Below, one piece after another: positions 27,502 to 36,713 of a stretch of 64,000 nt of DNA (position 1 is the stretch's first letter; each line of letters opens with the position of its first letter). The notes under the pieces are model-generated. The model was not told the DNA's origin, did not search any database, and saw nothing but the letters and a program-made list of their open reading frames with translations. The position numbers and the translations under genes were made by a program. Source of the DNA: an uncultured Clostridia bacterium (GTDB lineage: Bacteria; Bacillota; Clostridia; Christensenellales; Borkfalkiaceae); NCBI GenBank assembly GCA_944376455.1, contig CALWCO010000003.1, positions 12,979 to 76,978 on the forward strand. The letters run 5' to 3'.

Positions 27502-30500
27502 ATGACAAGAACGGGAAAAAAGAGTTATACTCTCCTCATCGTGCTGATGAGCGTGGCGGGGGCATTGGCGATCGCCCTGTCCGTGGCAGCGTTATTGCTC
27601 AAAACAATGGCCAACACCTACCTCGGCAAAGGACCGGCCTCCATCGTCAAAGTCGAAGGCAGTGAAAACTGGGATACCGATTACTATTCCCCCGCCTACC
27701 GCAAAGATAAAGCGGGCGCGGTGAAAAACGGGGAACGCATCACCAAAGCACTCTGCGACGAAGGATTCGTCCTGCTCAAAAATAAGGGCGGGGCACTGCC
27801 GCTGAACGCCACCCAAGACGTCGTCAGCCTGATCGGACGGGGCGCCGCCGATCCCCTGTACGGCGGTTCCGGCTCGGGCAACGTCGACACCGCCAAAGCA
27901 GTCACACCCTTTGAAGGCATCCGACAGGCGGGATTCACCATGGATCCCGCATCCTATAACTATTTCAACGGGGAAAAAGGGAAATATGCGCGCTGTTCCA
28001 TCAAAATGGACCGCTATAACGACTCCCAATGGTTGATCGGCGAAGTTGCTTATACGGACGCCACGGGCGCGACCCTCCCCTTTGCCGTGAGCGGCAACGG
28101 AACGGCAGTCTTTTTCGTCTCCCGTGCGGGCGGCGAAGGCTGGGACCTTTCCAACAACTTAAAGCGCGACGCCGCGGCAAGCGCGACCTTTGCCGCCGCC
28201 ACGGCGAGCGGCACCGGCAAAGCCGAATATGACACTTATACCGAAGGCCAACACCAACTCGAACTTTCCCGTTACGAGAAAAACTGGCTGGCTTTCTGCA
28301 AGAAAAATTATAAAAAGACGGTCGTGGTCATTAACTCTTCCAACATCATGGAAATGGGTGAATTACAGGCCGACGACGGCGTGGACGCCATCCTCTGGGT
28401 CGGCGGCCCCGGGTCCTCGGGGTTCAACGCACTGGGCGATATTCTCGCGGGGAAAGTCAATCCCTCGGGCCGTACCGCCGACCTCTGGCCCGCCGACTTC
28501 ACCGCCGACCCCACTTTTCCCAACTCGGGCGAGGCCGTGCGTTACACCGACATCGGCGCGGGCGACGTTGCGAACGGCGGTGCGGACAACAACGCCCCCG
28601 AGGCTTATACCACCTGTTACGAAGAGGGCATCTATCTCGGCTATCGCTGGTATGAGACGGCCGCGCAAGAAGGCGCCGTCGATTACGACGCCGCCGTCGT
28701 CTATCCGTTCGGATACGGTCTGAGCTATACGACGTTTTCCAAGAGCGTCGACTGGACGGAAAACGCCGATTCCTATACGGCGACGGTAACCGTGGAAAAC
28801 ACGGGCACCACACCCGGAAAAGAGGTCGTTCAGCTCTATTTTTCCGCGCCTTATACAAAGGGCGGCATTGAAAAGGCCGCCGTGGAACTCGGCGACTTTG
28901 CCAAGACAAAACTGCTCAAAAAGGGAGAAAAAGACACCCTGACGCTCACGTTGCCCAAACGGGAAATGGCGTCTTATGATTACAAGGGCGTTAAAATCAA
29001 AAACGGCGGATATGTGCTCGAAAAGGGAGAATATACTCTCTCCGTGCGGGACAACTCCCATACCGTTTCCGCCGGCGACAATACGACATATACCGCCACG
29101 GTTGCAAACGACGTGCTCTACACGCAGAACACCTCCCGCGAGGACGGAGATCTGCTCGTGGAAAAAGCTGCGCCCGAAAATCGGTTCAACGACCTTTCCG
29201 CCATGTTTGACGAAGGGACGGGCCACGCTTCCCTGCTCAGCCGCGCCGATTTTGCCGGCACCTTCCCCACCGCGCCAGACGCCGCACAGCGCAAGGCAAA
29301 GGAGATCACGCTGAACTATACCGAAAACGGCAAGACCGTCTCCCGCACCGTCGCGGAAATGTTAAAGCCGTTTGACGCGGCAACGCAATTGCGCAAAGAC
29401 AACGTATCCATGCCCGAAACAAACAGGGATCAGACCATGGTTCTGTCCAATATGCGCGGCATTCCTTACGGGGACGAGGTCTGGGAAGATTACCTCGATC
29501 AACTGACGGAGGACGATTATAAAAAAGCCAATCTCGTACTCATCAACGGCGCATACAATACGGGCAAAATCGATTCTCTGGGCAAGGCCGAAACAAAGGA
29601 CTTTGACGGACCGCAAGGCTTCTCCTCCCTCTGGGGCTCGACGGGGTGCTGCGCCTACTGCTCGGAAGTCGTCATCGCCTCGACCTTCAACACCTCGCTG
29701 GCACGGGAAATGGGCATCGCGATCGGGGAAGAGTCATTGGCGGAGGAAAACGACATACAGGGCTGGTACGGCCCCGCCATGAACATCCACCGCACCCCGT
29801 TTGCGGGGAGAAATTTCGAGTATTATTCGGAAGACCCCTTCCTCAGCGGAAAGATGGCGACGGCCGTCGTCGAAGGCGCGGCGGAAAAAGGCTGTTACGC
29901 CTATATCAAACATTTCGCGCTCAACGACACCGAAGTGGCGCGCATCGGAAACCTCTGCACCTGGGCGGACGAACAGACTCTGCGGGAGATTTATCTCGAA
30001 CCTTTCCGCTATGTCGTCGAGAACGCAAAAGTCAAAATGAAATACACTTCCGACGCGCAAGGTACGGTATCCGCACGCACCATGCCCGCGTGCACGGCCG
30101 TGATGTCCTCTTTCAACCGCATCGGTGCCACCTGGGCGGGCGGGTCCTATCCCCTGATGAGCGAAGTGTTGCGCGACGAATGGGGATTCCGCGGGTTGGT
30201 CATCTCCGATTTCAATCTCTATAACTTCATGGATCCCGATCAGGGTGTACGCGCGGGCACGGACCTGCAACTCACCTGGTCGGCCAATAAAGCCGATTAT
30301 AAGGACACTTCCGATCCCGTCACGCGACAGGCCGTCCGAAGGGCGTATAAGAATATGTGCTACACCGTCGCCAATTCCAACCGTATGCAGGACGTCGCCC
30401 CCGGTTCGGTGATCGTCTACGGGCTGGCTTGGTGGCAGATCTCCGTCATCGTATTCGACGCGCTGGCAGGAGCCTTCGTCATCGGCGGCGTGGCCTATAT

Positions 30501-30552
30501 CCTGATCGACAGCCGACGGAGAAAAATGCTTTCCCTGGCGGAAGACGAATAA
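27502..30552 (+). CDS. glycoside hydrolase family 3 (beta-glucosidase/xylosidase-like), permuted domain order, TM segments at both termini
   Basis: 1016 aa. Sandwich domain first (EGFVLLKNKGGALPL..AILWVGGPGSSGFNALGDILAGKVNPSGRT..FGYGLSYTTF), then FnIII-like (VTVENTGTTPGKEVVQLYF), then TIM-barrel part (KHFALND..VMSSFNRIG..GFRGLVISDF). Confidence 0.88.
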   Translation: MTRTGKKSYTLLIVLMSVAGALAIALSVAALLLKTMANTYLGKGPASIVKVEGSENWDTDYYSPAYRKDKAGAVKNGERITKALCDEGFVLLKNKGGALPLNATQDVVSLIGRGAADPLYGGSGSGNVDTAKAVTPFEGIRQAGFTMDPASYNYFNGEKGKYARCSIKMDRYNDSQWLIGEVAYTDATGATLPFAVSGNGTAVFFVSRAGGEGWDLSNNLKRDAAASATFAAATASGTGKAEYDTYTEGQHQLELSRYEKNWLAFCKKNYKKTVVVINSSNIMEMGELQADDGVDAILWVGGPGSSGFNALGDILAGKVNPSGRTADLWPADFTADPTFPNSGEAVRYTDIGAGDVANGGADNNAPEAYTTCYEEGIYLGYRWYETAAQEGAVDYDAAVVYPFGYGLSYTTFSKSVDWTENADSYTATVTVENTGTTPGKEVVQLYFSAPYTKGGIEKAAVELGDFAKTKLLKKGEKDTLTLTLPKREMASYDYKGVKIKNGGYVLEKGEYTLSVRDNSHTVSAGDNTTYTATVANDVLYTQNTSREDGDLLVEKAAPENRFNDLSAMFDEGTGHASLLSRADFAGTFPTAPDAAQRKAKEITLNYTENGKTVSRTVAEMLKPFDAATQLRKDNVSMPETNRDQTMVLSNMRGIPYGDEVWEDYLDQLTEDDYKKANLVLINGAYNTGKIDSLGKAETKDFDGPQGFSSLWGSTGCCAYCSEVVIASTFNTSLAREMGIAIGEESLAEENDIQGWYGPAMNIHRTPFAGRNFEYYSEDPFLSGKMATAVVEGAAEKGCYAYIKHFALNDTEVARIGNLCTWADEQTLREIYLEPFRYVVENAKVKMKYTSDAQGTVSARTMPACTAVMSSFNRIGATWAGGSYPLMSEVLRDEWGFRGLVISDFNLYNFMDPDQGVRAGTDLQLTWSANKADYKDTSDPVTRQAVRRAYKNMCYTVANSNRMQDVAPGSVIVYGLAWWQISVIVFDALAGAFVIGGVAYILIDSRRRKMLSLAEDE

Positions 30553-30602
30553 CCTTCTGAAAAAACTCTATTGCCCTTCTCTTTTGAAAGACGGGGAAAA
30601 AG

Positions 30603-30640
30603 CGCGGGGCGCGCCATATGGCGCGCCCCGCACTTTTTAT
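30603..30640 (+). terminator. rho-independent terminator of the GH3 gene
   Basis: 12-bp stem GCGGGGCGCGCC/GGCGCGCCCCGC, loop ATAT, then ACTTTTTAT. Confidence 0.85.
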
Positions 30641-30782
30641 GTTTTTCCTGACACTATAATTTTTCCCCGATATTTTTACCCGAAAAAGTCCCCTTTCGGC
30701 TGTTTTTACATTTTTTCGTCCTTTTTCTTTGTTCCGTAAACAAGAAAGATAAAAAAATTTTTCGGTTTGAAGGCAAAAACGG

Positions 30783-30811
30783 TTGAAATTTTATCGGGTG
30801 AGTGCTATAAT
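30783..30811 (+). promoter_or_regulatory. sigma-A promoter for tRNA-Val
   Basis: TTGAAA (30783-30788), a 17-nt spacer, then TATAAT (30806-30811), 11 nt before the tRNA 5' end. Confidence 0.75.
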
Positions 30812-30822
30812 AAAAAGGTCAT

Positions 30823-30899
30823 GGAGATATTGCACAGTTGGTTAGTGCGCTTGCTTCACATGCAAGAGGTCGGGGGTTCGAGCCCCTCTATCTCCACCA
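30823..30899 (+). tRNA. tRNA-Val (anticodon CAC), CCA encoded
   Basis: Manual cloverleaf: acceptor GGAGATA/TATCTCC, D stem GCAC/GTGC, anticodon stem CTTGC/GCAAG with loop TTCACAT, T arm GGGGG-TTCGAGC-CCCTC, discriminator A plus CCA. Confidence 0.9.
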
Positions 30900-30901
30900 C
30901 G

Positions 30902-30949
30902 AAAATCCTGACCCGAACAATGCAGTTCGGGTCAGGATTTTCTTTTTTT
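30902..30949 (+). terminator. rho-independent terminator after tRNA-Val
   Basis: 17-bp stem AAAATCCTGACCCGAAC/GTTCGGGTCAGGATTTT followed by CTTTTTTT. Confidence 0.85.
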
Positions 30950-31172
30950 ATGATACTTTTTAATATCATTCGACAAACCGACAAAACGTCGCCGATATAC
31001 AAACATCAAAAATCCGCAAGGAACAACAAACTCAAATACCGCCGCACAGGGAACACGGACGGATGACACGCGATTCAGCGGCGACTGTCCGTCCCCATTC
31101 TTTTTTGCGTTTCGTTTTTTATTGCCTTGTTTGTGGCGGGTGCTTTTTTTACATTTTTACGGTGTCATATGG

Positions 31173-31201
31173 TTGAGAATCTATGTTGTTTGTGCTATAC
31201 T
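31173..31201 (+). promoter_or_regulatory. promoter candidate for the ydeI-like gene
   Basis: TTGAGA, a 17-nt spacer, then TATACT. Confidence 0.55.
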
Positions 31202-31247
31202 ATATTTGTTCAAATAAAGCGATAAACTTTCATTGAACGGAGTTATA

Positions 31248-31823
31248 ATGCAACCAAAAAATCTTTTAACTGCAAAAAATCGAAATGAATTGCGTGTTTG
31301 GCTTGCGGAAAATTATGATAAAGAAAGCGAATGTTGGGTAATTGTAAAGCGCGGCAGACCGCAAAACGACAATACGTTTTGGTATATAGACGCAGTTGAA
31401 GAAGCAATATGTTTTGGTTGGATAGATAGCACTACCAAAACGCTTGAAAACGGAATCACCGCTCAAAAATTAGCACCAAGAAAGAAAAAAAGTTTGTGGT
31501 CGGAACTCAATAAAGAGCGTTGCAGACGACTTGAAAAATTAGGATTTATGACGGAAGCAGGACGCGCCGTTCTGCCCGATATGTCTGCAAATGGTTTTGT
31601 AATAGATAACGAGATACTAACGGCGTTGAAGGCAGATAAAACAGTATGGCAAAATTTTAATAATTTTCCGCCATTGTATCAGCGGGTACGCATAGACACA
31701 ATTCAAATAAAGAAAAAACAACCCGATTTATATAATAGCAGATTGCAAAAATTTATCGAGAATACAAAGAAGGGTATTATGTACGGCGAATGGAACGATA
31801 ACGGACGATTGTTAAATTATTGA
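31248..31823 (+). CDS. YdeI/OmpD-associated (bacteriocin-protection) family protein
   Basis: Start set to ATG 31248 (MQPKNLLTAKNRNELRVWLAENYDKESECWVIV..YIDAVEEAICFGWIDS) behind GGAG; the gene is markedly AT-richer than its neighbours. Confidence 0.75.
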   Translation: MQPKNLLTAKNRNELRVWLAENYDKESECWVIVKRGRPQNDNTFWYIDAVEEAICFGWIDSTTKTLENGITAQKLAPRKKKSLWSELNKERCRRLEKLGFMTEAGRAVLPDMSANGFVIDNEILTALKADKTVWQNFNNFPPLYQRVRIDTIQIKKKQPDLYNSRLQKFIENTKKGIMYGEWNDNGRLLNY

Positions 31824-31928
31824 TAAATTACAATTTGTCGGGCGTTTTCATTATTCGTTTTACGTTGCCGCTTCTCCACCAATCAAAAGGCGATGCCCGC
31901 GTGAGCTTCGCCTTTTTCTATACACACA

Positions 31929-31975
31929 AAAACTCCTTATCCTGTATTGTCGGGATAAGGAGTTTTTATTTTCTC
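31929..31975 (+). terminator. rho-independent terminator of the ydeI-like gene
   Basis: Stem AAAACTCCTTATCC/GGATAAGGAGTTTT followed by TATTTT. Confidence 0.8.
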
Positions 31976-32070
31976 GATCAAATTTTGAGAGCGAATTTTT
32001 TGTTTTACCTCTTTTTTGCCTTATACCGGCGGCAAAAATCCGCAAATCGGTTGCCGTTCTCCGCCGACGG

Positions 32071-33639
32071 CTATCCTTTGTCGTTCGGTTCCGTTTTTCC
32101 CCCGTCCGCCGCCGCGCATTCTTCCTCTTTTTCGGACATGGGTATGCCTTCAACGGCACTCGCGGATGCGGGCAAATGAGCTGGTTCGGGAACGGAGCGG
32201 GACACGGATTCCTCCGTCAGGGGCCGTTCCTCCGTCGAAAGCTCTTCGATTCCTTCCGACGGCTCCGATGCGGGCATGGGAACGGAATATTTTGCGATCA
32301 CGTCCTCCGGTTCGGTTCCGTCGAGGCGGAAGTCTATTTTAATCCCCTCGTTCTTCAACAGCCGCAAATACTGCACGAGCGTCGGAAGGAAATTCAACAG
32401 CATGCCCACGCCGAACATCAGGCATATATCCGTGAGGTTGGGCACGAATATCCCCGCAAGATAGAGAATGAACATCAGGCCGTAATAAACGACGTCGATG
32501 AGAATGGACTGGATGACGAGATATTGCGTCTTTCCCAGGCCGTAAAAGGTACTGTCCATAACGCAATGGTTGAATATGTACGTGATATAAAATCCCGTCT
32601 GAAGCAGAACGATGTAATAGACCGTTTCGTAATCGGTGACATTGAGCCCGTACTGCAGAATGGGTTTCCAAAGCGGGATACTGACGAGCCACAGGAGGGC
32701 GAAGATAGCGGCGAGACTGAAATAGCCGAAACTTTTCTCCCGCACATATTCGCGATGCGCGCCGACTTCTTTCTTGACCAGATCCCCGAGTGCCAACGAC
32801 GGCATTAACAACCACTGCGTGATGAAGCTCTCCGCGATCCAGTAGTTACCCTGTTCCTCGATGATATTGATTAAACGCATGATCATGACGAGATAGGCGA
32901 CATTGCGGAGCAGGCCTTCCAATCCCGAAAACTTCCCCACGCGCAACCATTCTTTGAGCCAGGAAAAATCCCAACCCTTTGAAAATACGGAGATGCCCTC
33001 TCGGTGGAGAAAGACAATGGCCAGCACCACGAGGATAAAGTTGACGCCGATATCCGTGATGGCGATCCCGTTGACGCCGAGGCCCAAAGAAACGGGTAAA
33101 GCACTGATCAGGAATGTATCCGACAGAACGGACAGCACCATTTGCACCCCGAGCACGATATAGAGATAGCGCAAGCGGTGCAACATACTCAATACCAACG
33201 TGGTGAATTTCCAAAGCGTGCCGAAGAGGATCGCGACCGCCTCCAGACGAACATAGCTGACCGTTTCCGCAATCAGCGATTCGTCCTGCGCCATGAGAAT
33301 GACGAGCGGTTCGGCAAAAAGCGCCATCAGGGCGGACATCACGCAATAAACCGCCGCCGTGACGAACAGTCCCGTGCGCACTTTATTGGAAAAAACCACT
33401 TTATCGGCAAGGGACTGTCCGAGCAAAAAGCACAGCGGCACGATGAGGATCTCATAGATCACCTCATAGATCATATTGACCCAAGCGAGCTGGCTGGCAA
33501 TGTTGACGCCGCTGTCGTCGGGAAAATCGCCGAGGAAAAAGATACGCACCGCCTGGTAGACGGCGGGCAACAGCATTGTGATGAACAATGCAAAAAACAG
33601 TTTATAATTGACCGTTTTCAAGGCCCTGATAATTCTCAT
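32071..33639 (-). CDS. MOP/MATE-superfamily-like polytopic transporter with acidic disordered C-terminal tail
   Basis: Start set to ATG 33639 (MRIIRALKTVNYKLFFALFITMLLP) behind GAGAGGGAAAAA; about 12 hydrophobic segments; family call from overall MATE-like pattern only. Confidence 0.55.
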   Translation of the reverse strand: MRIIRALKTVNYKLFFALFITMLLPAVYQAVRIFFLGDFPDDSGVNIASQLAWVNMIYEVIYEILIVPLCFLLGQSLADKVVFSNKVRTGLFVTAAVYCVMSALMALFAEPLVILMAQDESLIAETVSYVRLEAVAILFGTLWKFTTLVLSMLHRLRYLYIVLGVQMVLSVLSDTFLISALPVSLGLGVNGIAITDIGVNFILVVLAIVFLHREGISVFSKGWDFSWLKEWLRVGKFSGLEGLLRNVAYLVMIMRLINIIEEQGNYWIAESFITQWLLMPSLALGDLVKKEVGAHREYVREKSFGYFSLAAIFALLWLVSIPLWKPILQYGLNVTDYETVYYIVLLQTGFYITYIFNHCVMDSTFYGLGKTQYLVIQSILIDVVYYGLMFILYLAGIFVPNLTDICLMFGVGMLLNFLPTLVQYLRLLKNEGIKIDFRLDGTEPEDVIAKYSVPMPASEPSEGIEELSTEERPLTEESVSRSVPEPAHLPASASAVEGIPMSEKEEECAAADGGKTEPNDKG

Positions 33640-33824
33640 TTTTTCCCTCTCATCGTAAAAATTTTCCGCTCTCAGGCGAAAAATACCAAGACAGCAACTT
33701 TCCCCGCTTTTCGTCCTGCGGACCAAAACGGGACAGCAAAGGAAAGATATCCCTTTGACAGGTAGTACGGGGATCTACGTTCTCCAAAGAAATTTTCTTG
33801 GACGGGATTCCATGGGTTTTTCGC

Positions 33825-34215
33825 CGCGCAAGGCGGTTGCCTTACCTGAAAAAGACTTTCGCAAGGGGCGCCGCCCCTTCCTATCCCCGTTCAAGGAACA
33901 TCGTTCCTTGAAAATCCAACGCCGCGCAAGGCGGTTGCCTTGCTTGAAAAAGACTTCCGCAAGGGGCGCCGCCCCTTCTTATCCCCGTTCAAGGAACATC
34001 GTTCCTTGAAAATCCAACGCTGCGCAAGGCAGTTGCCTTACCTGAAAAAGGCTTCTGCAAGGGGCGCCGCCCCTTCTTATCCCCGCTCAAGGAACACTGT
34101 TCCTTGAAAATCCAGCGTTGCGCAAGGCGGTTGCCTTACCTGAAAAAGACTTTCGCAAGGGGCGCCCGCCCCTTCCTATCCCCGTTCAAGGAACATCGTT
34201 CCTTGAAAATCCAAA
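33825..34215. repeat. 4 x 98-bp tandem repeat; each unit carries three AAGG..CCTT palindromic hairpins
   Basis: Units start at 33825, 33923, 34021 and 34119. Hairpins per unit: AAGGC-GGTT-GCCTT, AAGGGGCG-C-CGCCCCTT, CAAGGAAC-ATC-GTTCCTTG. Inter-unit differences fall in loops and spacers. Confidence 0.95.
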
Positions 34216-34261
34216 AACGGTGAAAATACCCGTACATGACAGAAAAATACTGCGCGCGTTT

Positions 34262-34312
34262 TGAAAAAAGAAAACTGTGCCGTCCTCAAAAACAGAGGAA
34301 CGGCGCAGTTTT
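34262..34312 (-). terminator. rho-independent terminator of pnp
   Basis: Minus strand reads AAAACTGCGCCGTTCCTC-loop-GAGGACGGCACAGTTTT followed by CTTTTTTC. Confidence 0.8.
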
Positions 34313-34356
34313 TTCAGCTGTTATCTTTCCGTCGGACAATGGGGGCATGTCTGCGT

Positions 34357-36459
34357 TCAGTTGAGTTTTTCGAGCAGTTTGAAGTCGATGCCCTTTTCGC
34401 CGATCTTGATGATCTCCACCTTGACGGTATCGCCGAGGTTCAGAACGTCCTCCACGCGATTGATGCGACGGGAAGAAATCTTGGAGATGTGGATCATGCC
34501 GTCTTTCTTGGGCGCAAATTCCACGAACGCGCCGATCGAAGAGAGAATGCGCACGACCTGACCGATGAACACGTCGCCGACTTCGGGTTCGTGTACGATC
34601 GAGAGAATGATGTCCTTGGCCTTCTGCAAGTTTTCCACGTTCCCCGCATAGGCGGCAACGCACACCCTGCCGTCGTCCTCGATGTCGATCTTGGTGCCCG
34701 TTTCGGCAATGATGGAATTGATGACTTTGCCCTGCTTGCCCACGACGTCGCCGATCTTTTCGGGATCGATGAAGAAGGAGAGAATCTTGGGCGCATAGTA
34801 GGAAAGTTCCTTGTTGGGTTCGGGAATGCATTCGAGCATTTTACCCAAAATGAACTGCCGCGCGACGTTCGCCTTGGCGATGGCGTCGAGCAGGATTTCT
34901 TCGGAAATGCCCTTGATTTTGATATCCATCTGAATGGCGGTGATGCCCTTGGACGTACCCGCCACTTTGAAGTCCATGTCGCCGAAGAAGTCTTCCAGAC
35001 CCTGAATATCCGTCATGATGACGTATTTACCCGTTTCGGGATCCTTGATGAGACCCATGGCGCAACCGGCAACGGGTGCGGTGATGGGTACGCCCGCATC
35101 CATCAGAGCCATGGTGGAGCCGCAAACGGACGCCATGGAGGAAGAGCCGTTGGAAGAGAGAATATCGTTGACCACGCGGATGGAATACGGGAAAACGTCC
35201 TCGGAAGGCAGAACGGGAATGAGCGCGCGTTCCGCCAAAGCGCCGTGGCCGATTTCGCGACGGCCGGGGCTTCTCAAAGGCTTGGCCTCGCCCGTGCAGT
35301 AGCCGGGGAAGTTATAGTGATGCATATAACGCTTATGATCTTCGTTGTCCAGTCCTTCCAGCTTCTGCGCTTCGTCGAGCATGCCGAGGGTGCAGGTGGT
35401 GAGGGTCTGGGTCTGACCGCGGGTGAACACGGCGGAACCGTGCACGCGGGGCAGAACGCCGTGCTCGCACCAGATGGGTCTCACTTCGTCCAGCTTTCTG
35501 CCGTCGGGACGCACGCCGTCGTCGAAAATGCGCGCACGCACTTTCTCTTTGGTGAAATAGTAAATGGTATCCTTGATGTCTTTTGCGTTATCGGGATAGA
35601 TATCGGCAAAATGCGCGAGCGTATCGGCGGAAACTTCGTCTTCGCGCTTCTGGCGTTCCTGTCTGTCGAACGTGGAGAGCGCCCAGTCGAGTTTTTCGGA
35701 AACGTAAGCGCGCACGGCGGCGTCGATTTCTTCGGGCGCGTGATAAAACTCCATTTCCTTCTTGGGCTTGCCCACTTCGGCGGCGATACTCTCGATGAAG
35801 GCGCAGACCTTTTTGATCTCTTCGTGTCCGAACATAATGGCGCCGACCATCTCTTCGTTGGTCACTTCGTTGGCACCCGCTTCGATCATGAGAATGGCAT
35901 CCTTCGTACCCGCCAGAGACAGATGAATGGAGCTCTTTTCCCGCGTTGCCTCGTCGGGATTGATGACGTATTTCCCGTCAACCAGTCCGACCTGCACGGA
36001 ACCCGTGGGGCCCGCCCAGGGAATATCCGAAATGGACAGCGCGACGGAAGAGCCGATCATGGCGATGGGTTCGGGCGCGATGTCGGGATCGACGGAGAGC
36101 GCGGTGGCGACGACAACCACATCGTTGAAGATGCCCTTGGGGAACAGGGGGCGGATGGGTCTGTCGATGAGACGGGCGGTGAGGATGGCTTTATCCGCCG
36201 CTCTGCCCTCTCTCTTTTTGAACCCGCCGGGGATTTTACCGACGGAATACATTTTCTCTTCATAGTCCACCGACAGGGGGAAGAAATCCATTCCCTCGCG
36301 CGCCGTCGGAGACATGCAGACGTTGACGCTGACGACGGTATCGCCGCAACGCACCACGCACGCGCCGTTCGCCTGTTCCATATACTTACCCGTTTCCACG
36401 ATCAGTTCCCTGCCCGCGTAATCGGTCTTAAAGACTCTGTAATTGTCCAAAGATGCCAT
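34357..36459 (-). CDS. pnp: polyribonucleotide nucleotidyltransferase (PNPase)
   Basis: 700-aa ORF; two RNase PH domains, KH (DPEKIGDVVGKQGKVIN) and S1 (VGDVFIGQVVRILSSIGAFVEF). Confidence 0.96.
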   Translation of the reverse strand: MASLDNYRVFKTDYAGRELIVETGKYMEQANGACVVRCGDTVVSVNVCMSPTAREGMDFFPLSVDYEEKMYSVGKIPGGFKKREGRAADKAILTARLIDRPIRPLFPKGIFNDVVVVATALSVDPDIAPEPIAMIGSSVALSISDIPWAGPTGSVQVGLVDGKYVINPDEATREKSSIHLSLAGTKDAILMIEAGANEVTNEEMVGAIMFGHEEIKKVCAFIESIAAEVGKPKKEMEFYHAPEEIDAAVRAYVSEKLDWALSTFDRQERQKREDEVSADTLAHFADIYPDNAKDIKDTIYYFTKEKVRARIFDDGVRPDGRKLDEVRPIWCEHGVLPRVHGSAVFTRGQTQTLTTCTLGMLDEAQKLEGLDNEDHKRYMHHYNFPGYCTGEAKPLRSPGRREIGHGALAERALIPVLPSEDVFPYSIRVVNDILSSNGSSSMASVCGSTMALMDAGVPITAPVAGCAMGLIKDPETGKYVIMTDIQGLEDFFGDMDFKVAGTSKGITAIQMDIKIKGISEEILLDAIAKANVARQFILGKMLECIPEPNKELSYYAPKILSFFIDPEKIGDVVGKQGKVINSIIAETGTKIDIEDDGRVCVAAYAGNVENLQKAKDIILSIVHEPEVGDVFIGQVVRILSSIGAFVEFAPKKDGMIHISKISSRRINRVEDVLNLGDTVKVEIIKIGEKGIDFKLLEKLN

Positions 36460-36654
36460 TTTCGTTCCTTACTCCTTTTTCTTGTTTTGTTCTTTTTCCG
36501 CAGGGTCGCCTGACCGAGGGAGATATTTTTTTAATGCGCTGCCGCGCATAAAATCCGTAAACGACTGTCGGCGAGAAACGCCGTAACCCATAAAAAAACC
36601 GAAAAAAATCCTTTCCTTTCGTTGCAGGCGAAAGGCGTGCGGAAGACGACGGGA

Positions 36655-36706
36655 AAGCAGAAAAAAGGAAAAAAGAGCGGAAAGCACCTTATGCGCCCGC
36701 TCTTTT
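36655..36706 (-). terminator. terminator/attenuator hairpin between rpsO and pnp
   Basis: Stem AAAAGAGCGG/CCGCTCTTTT followed on the minus strand by TTCCTTTTTTT; classical rpsO-pnp arrangement. Confidence 0.7.
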
Positions 36707-36713
36707 CCAAAAC

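Noticed and set aside
30767-31066. 99-aa ORF overlapping tRNA-Val.
   Set aside because: It covers a tRNA with a perfect cloverleaf and its terminator, so it is an artefact.
33755-34009. 84-aa ORF running through the 98-bp repeats (possible repeat protein).
   Set aside because: The repeat period of 98 bp is not divisible by 3, so successive units are read in different frames. There is no RBS, and the ORF stops inside the array.
33825-34215. CRISPR array interpretation of the tandem repeats.
   Set aside because: The units are directly abutting with no unique spacers. The unit length (98 bp) is far above CRISPR repeat size, and no cas genes are in the window.
34261-36513. Very long ORFs antisense to known genes. 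Examples: 750 aa opposite pnp, 738 aa at 37125..39341, 637 aa at 10127..12040, 581 aa at 45176..46921, 548 aa at 23314..24960, 530 aa at 47074..48666, and many of 150-500 aa.
   Set aside because: Each lies fully opposite a gene with unmistakable family motifs. Their translations are Arg/Gly/His/Asp-rich low-complexity strings without motifs or RBS. Stop-free antisense frames are an expected by-product of GC-rich codon usage.
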